DNA of 64,000 nucleotides from positions 160,001 through 224,000 of the forward strand of contig JBMNLI010000010.1 of the NCBI GenBank assembly GCA_050952645.1, given 5' to 3'. Each line of letters starts with the position of its first letter. Within the stretch, counting starts at the first letter, position 1. Both the position numbers and the translations under genes were made by a program. Shown here in pieces: positions 31,987 to 42,381 of this stretch. Below the pieces are notes generated by a model. The model had not been told where the DNA came from. It saw only the letters and a list, made by a program, of their open reading frames with translations, and searched no databases. The stretch comes from Bdellovibrionota bacterium (lineage in GTDB: Bacteria; Bdellovibrionota_C; UBA2361; CAKMMH01).

Positions 31987-33063
31987 TTATCCCCTATCTT
32001 CATTAAATTCACTTAAAAAATTTAAGTTTCCACCATTTAAATCACGAATATCGGTTATGCCGTATTTCATCATAACTAGTCTATCTAGTCCTAAGCCAAA
32101 AGCAAAACCTATATATTCTTCAGGGTCTATTCCTCCTTCTTTTAATACGTGCGGATGGATCATTCCACAAGGGCAAAGCTCGAGCCACCCTCCCCATTTA
32201 CATGACGGGCACCCTTTCCCTTTGCAAATCCTACAACTACAGTCTAGCTCGAAGCCAGGTTCTACGAATGGGAAAAAGCCAGGACGAAGTCGGACTTTTA
32301 AGTTTTTATCTTTAAACACTTCTACTAACATTACTTTCATAGAATATATTAAATTTGCGATTGAAATATTTTTTCCAAGCATCACTCCTTCCATTTGAAA
32401 GAAAGTGTTTTCATGACAAGCATCTAAAGACTCATTTCTAAAGCAACGTCCTGGGAATATCGCTTTAATGGTTTTTCCCTCTCGCACTAAACTATCTCTA
32501 TATTTTTTGTATACCGCATTTTGCCCAGCAGACGTGTGTGTTTTTAAGAGTTCTCCATTTTCTAAATAAAAAGTATCTTGCATATCTCTTGCTGGGTGAA
32601 ACTCAGGAATATTCAAGGACTCGAAACACTCATAGTCAGATACTATTTCGCTGTAATCTTCGATAGTAAAGCCCATAGAGCGAAACACCTCTGTGCAATG
32701 TCTTAGCACTAACGTTCTAGGGTGGTAGGAGCCTGATTTTATATTTGGAGGAAGTGAAATATCAAAATCTTTAGTTTCGTTTATTATTTTTTGCAACTCT
32801 TTATTTTTTATTATCTCTTGTCTATCTGCGATAGTGCTAGTAGCGTAATTTTTAAGTTCGTGCACTTTGCTTCCAAAAGATTTTTTTTCTTCTATTGAAA
32901 GTTTTTCCATATCTTTTAAAAGAGATGTTATTAAACCTTTCTTACCTAAATATTTTACTCTTAAATTTTCTAACTCCATTTCGCTAGAGGCTTTTAAGAT
33001 ATCGTCTTGTAATTTTTTTCTAATTTCACTAACGGAAGCGCACATTTTAGATATATCCTCCAA
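31987..33063 (-). CDS. pheS: Phenylalanine--tRNA ligase alpha subunit
   Basis: HPARDMQDTFY, FRNE, FPFVEP, CxxC-G-G-CxxC, GFAFGLGLDRL. Confidence 0.96.
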   Translation of the reverse strand: MEDISKMCASVSEIRKKLQDDILKASSEMELENLRVKYLGKKGLITSLLKDMEKLSIEEKKSFGSKVHELKNYATSTIADRQEIIKNKELQKIINETKDFDISLPPNIKSGSYHPRTLVLRHCTEVFRSMGFTIEDYSEIVSDYECFESLNIPEFHPARDMQDTFYLENGELLKTHTSAGQNAVYKKYRDSLVREGKTIKAIFPGRCFRNESLDACHENTFFQMEGVMLGKNISIANLIYSMKVMLVEVFKDKNLKVRLRPGFFPFVEPGFELDCSCRICKGKGCPSCKWGGWLELCPCGMIHPHVLKEGGIDPEEYIGFAFGLGLDRLVMMKYGITDIRDLNGGNLNFLSEFNEDRG

Positions 33064-33254
33064 ATAATTTGATATATATATTTTTGATATATTTTTATGT
33101 ATATATATGGAAAAGCGTTATAAATACGCTACAATCAAAACTATTTTAACATAAAAAAAAGATTATTGATATAATCAAAAAGTTTAAGGTTAGAGAAAGG
33201 ATAACAAAACTTTTGTAAAAATTTTTTAATAAGATTTAGTAAGAAAATTTAAAT

Positions 33255-33302
33255 AAAAAAGAGCTTCCTAAAATACTAATATAAATGCATCTTAAGAAGC
33301 TC
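33255..33302 (-). terminator. Putative intrinsic terminator after the 33.3-34.2 kb gene
   Basis: GAGCTTC...GAAGCTC stem followed on the minus strand by T6; long loop. Confidence 0.5.
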
Positions 33303-33350
33303 AAATATTGATCAATCACCGCTGACCACATCTACAGAATGTTGCCGTTA

Positions 33351-34205
33351 TTACGGTTGTCGTTTTGGCACTACTACTTTTGGTATTTCGTCAGTGCCAG
33401 CTGCCTTACCCATAACATAGGCTTTCTGTTCTCCATTTACTGACTTAAAGAAGACTGTTTCTGGCTTACCCATACCAAGCTTATTTTCCCAGTATTTTTT
33501 AATATGATCGGAAAATTGCATACAAATGCCAGTGCAGATATCTTTTATCTGCCCAAGTACTTTGTCCGCTTTATCTATCGGCTCTTTTATCTTATCTGCA
33601 GCTTTTCGCGAGTTCTCTTCTATTATTCCCAAACCCCAAACAGAGTCTTCGCAATGAAGCTTTATTTCTGCAACGATATACAGAATCTCAGGGTCGTTCC
33701 ACAAACTCGCTTCTAGTTGCTCCCTTGCAGACCGTCTTTTAGGCACGCCTTCAGACATTCTAATTTCAAGGCTCTCAGCAACTTTAAACAATTTCGATGA
33801 TTTCTCAGTCTCGCAATCTTTTTTTACTACGTTATCATCGTTCTCAATACCTATAGCTTGTATCTCATCTATCTTATCTCGATAGATGGCAATACCCTTT
33901 TGAATAAAGCCAAGCCTTTCAAGCAAAGACCTATCCAAATACATAGTATCCTTGATAGGCTCTCTCTTCACCATTCTAGCATAGATAAGCGTCAGATGAT
34001 TATAGTTAACTTGTTCTTGCGTCAGTGGAAAACCATCCGCTTGAGCATCAGCCTTATTATGAGCGTTATCCTGCGGGACAACTCTCTCTACCTTCTCTCC
34101 GCCTTTAGGGGCAGGATTTCCTTTTTGCCCAAAGCAAGTCTGCAAAGTGCCAAAGGAAATAATGCACACCCAAAACCAAACAGCAACATGTTTTTTTTTA
34201 CACAT
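33351..34205 (-). CDS. Exported hypothetical protein
   Basis: Likely start MCKKKH at 34205 after GAGGAGG; signal-peptide-like N-terminus; visibly higher GC than flanks. Confidence 0.7.
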   Translation of the reverse strand: MCKKKHVAVWFWVCIISFGTLQTCFGQKGNPAPKGGEKVERVVPQDNAHNKADAQADGFPLTQEQVNYNHLTLIYARMVKREPIKDTMYLDRSLLERLGFIQKGIAIYRDKIDEIQAIGIENDDNVVKKDCETEKSSKLFKVAESLEIRMSEGVPKRRSAREQLEASLWNDPEILYIVAEIKLHCEDSVWGLGIIEENSRKAADKIKEPIDKADKVLGQIKDICTGICMQFSDHIKKYWENKLGMGKPETVFFKSVNGEQKAYVMGKAAGTDEIPKVVVPKRQP

Positions 34206-34417
34206 AACCTTCCTCCTCTCTTCTAGAAATTCCTTGAAAAAGAGAGCAGATGAAAACCATAAAAGAATTTGCAAGTCAATTAAATCTTAACTGTAAATCC
34301 TAAAAAAACCGTTCTTTAAAGAACACAACATAAATTTTATTATACTGAAAATAAGCTTTTTAGACAAGAAAAATATATAATAAGAACACTTAAAAATTAG
34401 CACTTAAAAACATCTTT

Positions 34418-37400
34418 CTATTTTCTTTGACAAGTCCTAGTAGCGCCATTGCAACTAGCCCCTACACATAATTCACAAGTTAGACCTTCACAACATATCG
34501 TACCGCCTTGAAAGTTATCTCCTTCATAAAAACAAGACATCCCTTCACTATAACAGGAGCCAAAGCCACAGCAATATTTATTATCGTACTGGCATAAATA
34601 ATACTTATATTGCGTATTATGCTTACTACAAGAATTAGCATCACAATCTTCTCTTATACACCCAGGATGTATATCTTCACAAACATTATTTTTACATTCT
34701 TTTCCATCTTCGCAACATACGCCATTACATAAATCTTGAGAGCAACAATATTGTTCGTTATTATAATTATATATTCTACCAGTTTTGCAACACGCTTTTT
34801 TACCGCTACTATCTGTATACTCTGTTTCATCACTAGAACAACCACACCTAGCGCCATCACCATCACCTATACATCTATTTACAGGACAACATTGCCCTTC
34901 ACCGCCACACATTATATCTAGCTCTCCAGGGCAACACACTCCATCAGCTCCATAATTGCTACCCTGATTTTTAGTTTCTGTATAATTTGGAGCATCTACA
35001 CTACAACATTGACCTAAATACTTATTATAATCTACATTTGTAGGGCAGCAAGCAAATATCTCTGTTTCCCAATTGCTATATGCGCAATACTCTCCAAGTT
35101 TACAACAAGAAGAGCCACACGATACAGCTGTATCATCTGTAAGTGGATCGCAACAAACTTCTATTAGTTCTCCTGTGAAACTATTCGTAACACTCCCAGC
35201 ATGATAATCGTTTGGCTTAGCACAACAACCCTCTGTTCCATCTTCATTTGTATATACACCACCATCACAACAAGCTTGAGTGCCATCGTCTTCTTTATTA
35301 TAAACTTTACCATCTCCACAGCATAAGTAAGCACTAGCTGCGAAATCGCTACTATAATTTCCCGGCTTCTCTTCTAGTTTAGGCACTAATCTTGCACATT
35401 TATTAGCATCACAACATGTGCCACCACAATGAACTTGCCCCTCTTTTCCGCAACACGTTTGTGCTGGCAACTCTTCAAATTCCACTATCCCAGTTTCTTC
35501 ATTTATTCCAACTTTAAAAGATCTTATTGTGCCTTTTATATCAGTGCAATATTGATTTTCTTCACAACACGCACTACGACAGAGAAGTTTTTCTTGGTCA
35601 TCGCAACAAACTTCATCACCTTGCATATCATAACCTGTAAACTTAGGAGCATCATCTGGGCAACAAACTGTCTTAGGATAACTTTCGCCTTCATCTTCTA
35701 CAATCTCTCCCGTTTCATTTCCGACACTACCTTCAGGGCATTCCGAATCACATACAAAAGATTTGTTATCATATACATCGATTACATACCCTGCCGTCTC
35801 TCCATCTTCACAGCATAATTTTTCATCATTATTTCCTTCAAAATAATTATCTTCTTTACAACAGCTATCTCCTGGTTCTCCATTTTCTTTATCACAACAC
35901 CCATTGTTTTCGCCACCACTAGGATCATTTTCTCCGCTAGGGTCTAACATGCACACATAACCGCTAGGACATAAACACCCAGACACACTTAATGACGAAC
36001 TACTAGAATATTCTTCAGGATTTTCTCTAGAACTAGAAGAAGATTTAGATGACTCTAAGCTAGATTGACTACTAATATAAAAATTACTTCGAGACGAACT
36101 ACTTTTACTAGATGACGCAGACACTCTACTTAACGAAGACGAAACACTTCCTAGAGATATAGAAAAACTACTAGGTGCCGAAGAATAATTGCTAGACTTA
36201 CTAGACAATGAAGAACCACTAAACAAAGAACCGCTAGATATACTAGATACAGATGATATAACACTACTTAAGCTACTAAAAGAACTACTACTAGGCGATA
36301 AGCTTTTACTACTTAAAGAACTAGATGAACTGCTACTAGGTGATGAACTCTTACTAGAAGAGCTAGACAAACTACTCTTACTACTAGATGATAAACTAGA
36401 ACTTAAAGAGCTAGATGAGCTACTTTTACTCGAACTAGATGAACTAGAACTGCTTTTACTAGAACTACTTAATGAACTAGATGAACTGCTCTTAATACTA
36501 GCTGATGAGCTCTTGCTAGATGAAGAGCTAGATGAACTACTACTACTTGGCGATGAACTAGAACTGATTTTACTAGAACTAGGACTTAAAGAACTACTAG
36601 AACTGCTAGGTGATGAACTCCTACTAGAACTCGAACTTAAAGAACTAGAAGAGCTACTTTTACTAGATGAACTTGATAAGCTACTTTTACTTGAACTAGA
36701 TGAACTACTCTTACTACTAGACGGACTACTACTAGATGAAGAACTCTTGCTAGATGAACTACTACTAGGCGAAGAGCTCCTACTAGAACTCGAACTTAAA
36801 GAACTAGAAGAGCTACTTTTACTAGCTGAACTTGATAAGCTACTTTTACTAGATGAACTTGATAAGCTACTTTTACTTGAACTAGATGAACTACTCTTAC
36901 TACTAGACGGACTACTACTAGATGAAGAACTCTTACTAGAACTGCTTGAACTAGGGCTACTAGAAGAACTTAATGAACTACTCTTGCTACTAGAAGATGA
37001 ACTCTTACTAGAAGAACTACTCTTGCTTGAACTAGGACTTAAAGAACTACTTGACGAAGAACTCTTACTAGAGCTACTTTTGCTACTAGAACTACTACTA
37101 CTTAATGAACTAGATGAATTGCTCTTGCTACTAGAAGAAGAACTAGAACTTAAAGAACTACTAGATAAACTTAACGAACTGCTACTACTAGAACTTAAAA
37201 AGCTACTAGAAGAACTTGGCGAACTACTCTTGCTAGAACTAGAACTTTTCTTACTAGAACTACTACTACTAAGCGAACTACTAGAACTGCTAGGCGATAA
37301 TGAACTACTACTGCTAGAAGAACTAGGAGATGAGCTACTACTACTAGATGCACTGCTACTAGATAAACTGCTCCTACTAGACGATGAACTGCTAAAAGAC

Positions 37401-38186
37401 GAACTGCTACTAGACGAACTCCCCTTAGGTGAACTAGATGTATCGAAAATTTGCGCAGTCCTAAAAAAACCTACATGAAACGAATCTGCTATGAGAGGCT
37501 CATCATCTAACAACTTAAATATATCTAATATTATACCAGACTTAATAAAAATCTTCCCTCCCTTCATTGTCCTAAGTTTTATCGTCTCACTTTCTTTATC
37601 AACGGGAACAAAATCTACATATTTTTCCTTCCTCCACAAACTCCCAGGGAGTTTAGTAGTCTTTATACTATCATTATCTAATTTTATACCAGGAATTAAA
37701 ATACCATACTTAGCTATACACGGCTCCCCTCTTAACTCAAAATATTTAAAGCCTAGTTGCTTAGGTGTCGCCACCTTTTTCGATAATGCTAAATTATAAG
37801 CCGTAATCCAAAATTTACATATAGTAGGACAATCTTTAGATAGAGCTTGCACCTCAGGCACTTCGCATACTTCATCTATTTCACTTCGAGTTTTCCCCCT
37901 TATAGACTCACAATTAGGAACGTCTTTCTCTCTTAAACCGTCTAGGCAATACTCTCTTAAAGCTACCATAAAATGAGGTGAAATATCGACTACAAATTGC
38001 ACTGGTCTATTTTCTACAGCTATTAATAATCTTAGATTCCTATCATCTAAACACATCATATGAAAAACAAATACGAAAACATTCGTCACTACCCATGTAA
38101 GTACAAAATAATAAAAACAAACTATAGCCTGTTTCTGTTAAAACGCTACCACGACTCGAATGGGACTTTTTATATTTATTTTTCAT
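34418..38186 (-). CDS. Giant TadE/pilin-like-anchored, poly-Ser stalk, Cys-rich protein; 5' end frameshifted at ~38128
   Basis: ORF 34418-38089 plus upstream frame MKNKYKKSHSSRGSVLTET. Removing one base gives RGSVLTETAIVCFYYFVLTWVVTNVFVFVF. Confidence 0.65.
35990..37440 (-). repeat. Poly-serine coding tract with internal block duplications
   Basis: AGT/TCT/AGC/TCA codon repeats; blocks near 36600-36760 and 36770-36930 are near-duplicates. Confidence 0.9.
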
Positions 38187-38564
38187 CAAATTTTTATTTT
38201 GAAAGAAATTTTTAAAGAAATTTTTTAATCGACTGTTTGAGGTTAAAAGGAATTTTAACATAAGAAGATTTTTTACTTTTTTTATATATTATTTAATAAT
38301 TAAAATTCAAAAACGATGTATAGCAAACTTTCTATGATATATGCTCAAATATTTCTTAAGAAAAATCTGCTCTATAAAATTTGTCTAAAATATGAACTAA
38401 CAATATAAATTTATAATACTTACTTGCAAATAACAAGATTAACATTTTAAGAGTAAAGCAAGGCTTTTAAAAATAACCTTAAAAATACAAAGAACCAAAT
38501 TAAATAAAAATCCGATAAAATCTCTACCTTTTTAAAGATATTTTTTTAAGTTATATTTAGCTTT

Positions 38565-39800
38565 ATGGAAAATAATATACTAATTCGCAGAATAGAAAAA
38601 ATTAAAAAATCTTTAAGCAAGCTTTCTAGCAATGCTACTTTACTTTTATCGAGTGCCCCAGAAATCATAAAGTCTCGTGATATAACTTTTGATTTTAAAC
38701 AAGACACTAATTTTTATTATTTTACAAACTCACAAATAAAAAACGCTGTGCTTTTAATAAAATCAAATAGTGATGCTCCCATCTTGCTTTCACCTAGCCA
38801 AAGTAAAGAAGACATATTGTGGCATGGAGAAAGTGAGTCGGCAAAATCTTTAGCAAAAAAAATCGGTGCCGTTTACAAAGACTGTGAACTTAATGAGAAA
38901 GACATTATCTCTTATTTAAAAGAGTGCAATACTCTATGTTATAGCTCTTATAAATATTCTTTATCTAATAAAGTAGCTAAGTTTTTATTAAAAGAAAACA
39001 CTTCTACATTAGAGCGATTAAAGCTTCCATATAAATTTATAAATCAAGACTTTATAATATCACCGCTAAGACAAATAAAAGAAAAAGGCGAAATAGAAAA
39101 TATAAAAACCGCTGTAAAGATTACGCTCAATGCCATAGAGGAATTAAAAAACTTTTTACGCCCTGGGCTTACCGAACTCGAAGTTAAGCACTTTTTTGAA
39201 AATGAAATAAAAAAACAAGGAGCAAGCATAGCGTTTGATACTATTTGCGCAAGTGGTAAAAATGCAGCAACGCTTCATCACACTAGTTCTAATAAAGTGC
39301 TTAAAAAAGGAGAAATGCTTCTTATCGATTGTGGTGCTGAATATAATATGTATGCGGCAGATATTAGTAGAACGCTTCCAGTTTCTAGCACGTATTCTCC
39401 TATTCAAGAAATACTTATAAATGGAGTCAAAAAGGCTAAGCGTGATGCTATAAATAAGGCCGTTGTAGGTGCAAAATTTAAAGATGTGCAACAAGCTTCA
39501 GAGCTAGCTATTATAGAGTTATTAAAAGAGCTAAAAATTTTAAAAGGAAATAAGCTAAACATTTTAAAACAAAAATTACATAAAGAATTTTATCCTCACG
39601 GCGTTGGGCACTCTCTTGGGCTTGATACTCACGACTTAGGGAAACTTTTCGGCGATACTATTTTAAAAGAAAATATGGTTATTACGATAGAGCCCGGAGT
39701 TTATTTTAGTAAAAAGATTAACGATATCGTGCCGTGTGGAGTTAGGATAGAAGATGATATTATAATTAGAAAGAAAGAGTCTAAAGTGATAGAGTTTTAA
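38565..39800 (+). CDS. pepP: Xaa-Pro aminopeptidase (M24B)
   Basis: LIDCGAE..Y.ADISRT, HGVGHSLGLDTHD, TIEPGVY, GVRIEDD. Confidence 0.9.
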   Translation: MENNILIRRIEKIKKSLSKLSSNATLLLSSAPEIIKSRDITFDFKQDTNFYYFTNSQIKNAVLLIKSNSDAPILLSPSQSKEDILWHGESESAKSLAKKIGAVYKDCELNEKDIISYLKECNTLCYSSYKYSLSNKVAKFLLKENTSTLERLKLPYKFINQDFIISPLRQIKEKGEIENIKTAVKITLNAIEELKNFLRPGLTELEVKHFFENEIKKQGASIAFDTICASGKNAATLHHTSSNKVLKKGEMLLIDCGAEYNMYAADISRTLPVSSTYSPIQEILINGVKKAKRDAINKAVVGAKFKDVQQASELAIIELLKELKILKGNKLNILKQKLHKEFYPHGVGHSLGLDTHDLGKLFGDTILKENMVITIEPGVYFSKKINDIVPCGVRIEDDIIIRKKESKVIEF

Positions 39801-40457
39801 ATAAAATGGTTCTTTGACGTTTTAAGAGGGCTTAGAAAAATTGTTTTTTTAGGGGTTAGCTTAAAAGAAAATCGGAGCTAGTTAAAGCTTGCGGAGATTT
39901 TCTTTTGGGCTTCGTCGGGGTGAGTGATACTTCTTAAGGTCTAAAACCTACCTTAAAACGTGAAGAGCCAGTTTATTTTAGTAAAAAGATTAACGATATC
40001 GTGCCGTGTGGAGTTAGGATAGAAGATGATATTATAATTAGAAAGAAAGAGTCTAAAGTGATAGAGTTTTAAATAAAATGGTTCTTTGACGTTTTAAGAG
40101 GGCTTAGAAAAATTGTTTTTTTAGGGGTTAGCTTAAAAGAAAATCGGAGCTAGTTAAAGCTTGCGGAGATTTTCTTTTGGGCTTCGTCGCTGAGTTATAC
40201 TAATCTTAAGGTCTAAAACCTACCTTAAAACGTGAAGAGCCAGTTTATTTTAGTAAAAAGATTAACGATATCGTGCCGTGTGGAGTTAGGATAGAAGATG
40301 ATATTATAATTAGAAAGAAAGAGTCTAAAGTGATAGAGTTTTAAATAAAATGGTTCTTTGACGTTTTAAGAGGGCTTAGAAAAATTGTTTTTAGGCTTCG
40401 TGGAGTTGGTGATACTAACTCTTAAGGTCTAAAACCTACCTTAAAACGTGAAGAGCC
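39698..40457 (+). repeat. Tandem array of three units (110-bp pepP 3' end and flank + MITE): 39698-39969, 39970-40241, 40242-40457
   Basis: Identical pepP-derived segments AGTTTATTTTAG...GTTTTAAATAAAAT, each followed by an element copy (162, 162, 106 bp). Confidence 0.93.
39808..40457. mobile_element. Three MITE copies (39808-39969, 40080-40241, 40352-40457); 8-bp TSD AATAAAAT
   Basis: GGTTCTTTGACGTTTTAAG...CTTAAAACGTGAAGAGCC ends; AATAAAAT precedes every copy and follows the last one (40458-40465). Confidence 0.85.
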
Positions 40458-40520
40458 AATAAAATCAAGCCGTTAGAACTTTTCATAAAACTAAATAGAA
40501 TAAAATAGAAATACTATAAG

Positions 40521-40570
40521 GGCATTATTTTAAACTTGAACTTGAAAATAATGCCATTATTTAGTATTAT
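40521..40570 (+). promoter_or_regulatory. Promoter (TTGAAA-17-TATTAT) overlapped by inverted repeat GGCATTATTTT/AAAATAATGCC
   Basis: -35 at 40542-40547, -10 at 40565-40570, IR 40521-40555. Confidence 0.6.
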
Positions 40571-40604
40571 AAGCTTAAATTTTATAAAGGAGAGTTTGAG
40601 TTAA

Positions 40605-41786
40605 ATGATAGAAAGGAATATTTCTAATAAATTAGTAGAGCTTGCTAACCTAGTGCCCGTCATAACTATTATTGGCCCTAGGCAATCTGGGAAAACGACT
40701 TTAGTAAAAAACTCTTTTCCAGAATACAATTACGTCAATTTAGAAGATCCTGCAAATAGGATGTTTGCAAAAGAAGATTATAGAGGTTTTTTTGAAACGT
40801 ATAAAGAGCCGATAATTATAGATGAAATTCAAAGAGTGCCAGAGCTTCTTTCCGCAATACAAGTTATGGTCGATAATGATAGAAAAAAAAATGGTCGCTT
40901 TATACTTACAGGAAGCCATCAACCTAGTTTGCAAAGAGGAATTGCGCAATCCCTAGCAGGTAGAACTAGCATCTTAACCCTACTTCCTTTAAGTATGAAT
41001 GAACTTGCTAAAGAAGGACTATTAGAGAAATTATCTATCGACAAATTACTTTTAAAAGGCTTTATGCCAGAACTTTATAGAAAAGGAGCTAGAACTCCCG
41101 TCGTTTATTATCGCGACTATTTAAATACTTATGTTGAAAAAGATTTGCGAGAAATGTTAGAGATTAAAAACTTAGATAAGTTTTTAAGATTTTTAACTTT
41201 ACTTGCAGGCAGAGTTGGGCAGGTAGTAAACTTATCTTCCATGTCTGGGGATGTAGGAGTTTCATCTACGACTTTATCCGATTGGCTATCTGTGCTTGAA
41301 GCCTCTTATATAGTTTATAAATTAAAACCATATTTTTCTAATATTACTAAACAACAAATTAAGTCGCCAAAAATTTATTTTACAGAAATTGGCTTAGCAA
41401 CGTATCTTTTAGGGATAGAAACTGAAAATCAGGCAACACGAGACCCGCTACGAGGAAATCTTTTTGAAAATTTAATCGTTTCAGATATTCTAAAGTCTAG
41501 GCTAAATGAAAATCTAGACCCGAACATCTATTACCTAAGAACTGCTAAGGGGACTGAGATAGATTTAATTTTGAAAAAAAATGAAAAACTTTATCCATTT
41601 GAAATAAAATCATCGATGACGCCTAATAAATCATTTTCAAGACATCTATCATCTTTTACTAAAACACATGAGAATGCTACAAACCCTAGAATCATTTACC
41701 AAGGACAATCTTATCCGCAATTTTGCGGTGTTGAATACGTTAATTATAAAGAATTAAATAAATTAGCATCACTGTTAGCATTATAA
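40605..41786 (+). CDS. AAA_14 ATPase with DUF4143 domain
   Basis: GPRQSGKTT, IIDEIQ, LTGS, SLAGR, KSPKIYF, ENLIV, EIDLI...FEIK. Confidence 0.92.
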   Translation: MIERNISNKLVELANLVPVITIIGPRQSGKTTLVKNSFPEYNYVNLEDPANRMFAKEDYRGFFETYKEPIIIDEIQRVPELLSAIQVMVDNDRKKNGRFILTGSHQPSLQRGIAQSLAGRTSILTLLPLSMNELAKEGLLEKLSIDKLLLKGFMPELYRKGARTPVVYYRDYLNTYVEKDLREMLEIKNLDKFLRFLTLLAGRVGQVVNLSSMSGDVGVSSTTLSDWLSVLEASYIVYKLKPYFSNITKQQIKSPKIYFTEIGLATYLLGIETENQATRDPLRGNLFENLIVSDILKSRLNENLDPNIYYLRTAKGTEIDLILKKNEKLYPFEIKSSMTPNKSFSRHLSSFTKTHENATNPRIIYQGQSYPQFCGVEYVNYKELNKLASLLAL

Positions 41787-41851
41787 TTAGTGCTAATAGG
41801 AACAGCATCTTGCAATAATGGTATCGCCCCACTTTACACGTATAAGGGAGC

Positions 41852-41908
41852 AAAAAAAAAGCTGACTTAAAAACTTAACCTCGCTAAAAGTTTCATCTTA
41901 AGTCAGCT
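41852..41908 (-). terminator. Hairpin with poly-T on the minus strand between the convergent ATPase genes
   Basis: AGCTGACTTAA (41860-41870) / TTAAGTCAGCT (41898-41908), preceded by an A-run on +. Confidence 0.55.
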
Positions 41909-42381
41909 CAGGCAAACAAAAGAAACTTGATTTACAAGTCCCTATTTTAACGGACGTTGCTTGCCCCGCCCTTTCTCTGTTTGTTTGTATCTGCACAATA
42001 GCTATGATGAAAAACATCTTAAAAAGGTTTCAATTATTATCGATTTTAATATTAAGCTAAAAGGTATGAATGTGTGTGTGCGGTAAATAGGAGGAAAACT
42101 TTTAGCTTTTAAATCGTATTAAAAGAAAAACCAAAATAACACGTGTGCATCTACTCGGTAGTAAAATAAGCAAGCATCGTGCCACAAGAAGATTTTTGAT
42201 GTAATATGCTGAAATTATTAAAGTTTTTATATTTTATTAAAGATTTTTAATTTATTTAAGTAAACAACGGCAAAAATTTCCCAAGTTTTTTTGACATATT
42301 AAAAGGGCATAATGACGTATAAATGACGTATGGCTTAAAAACATAATAAATAAATTTTTTCTTTTAACTTAAGCTTTCAAC

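Noticed and set aside
36189..37478. 429-aa Leu/Glu-rich ORF on + strand
   Set aside because: Antisense shadow of the poly-Ser tract.
39698..40457. CRISPR or other guide array
   Set aside because: Units are 216-272 bp, the variable segments are homologous to each other rather than unique spacers, and no cas genes are present.
41911..41965. c-di-GMP-I riboswitch (GGCAAAC...GAAA)
   Set aside because: Lacks the paired stem around GAAA and the GACGCAAA junction, and there is no downstream gene on that strand.
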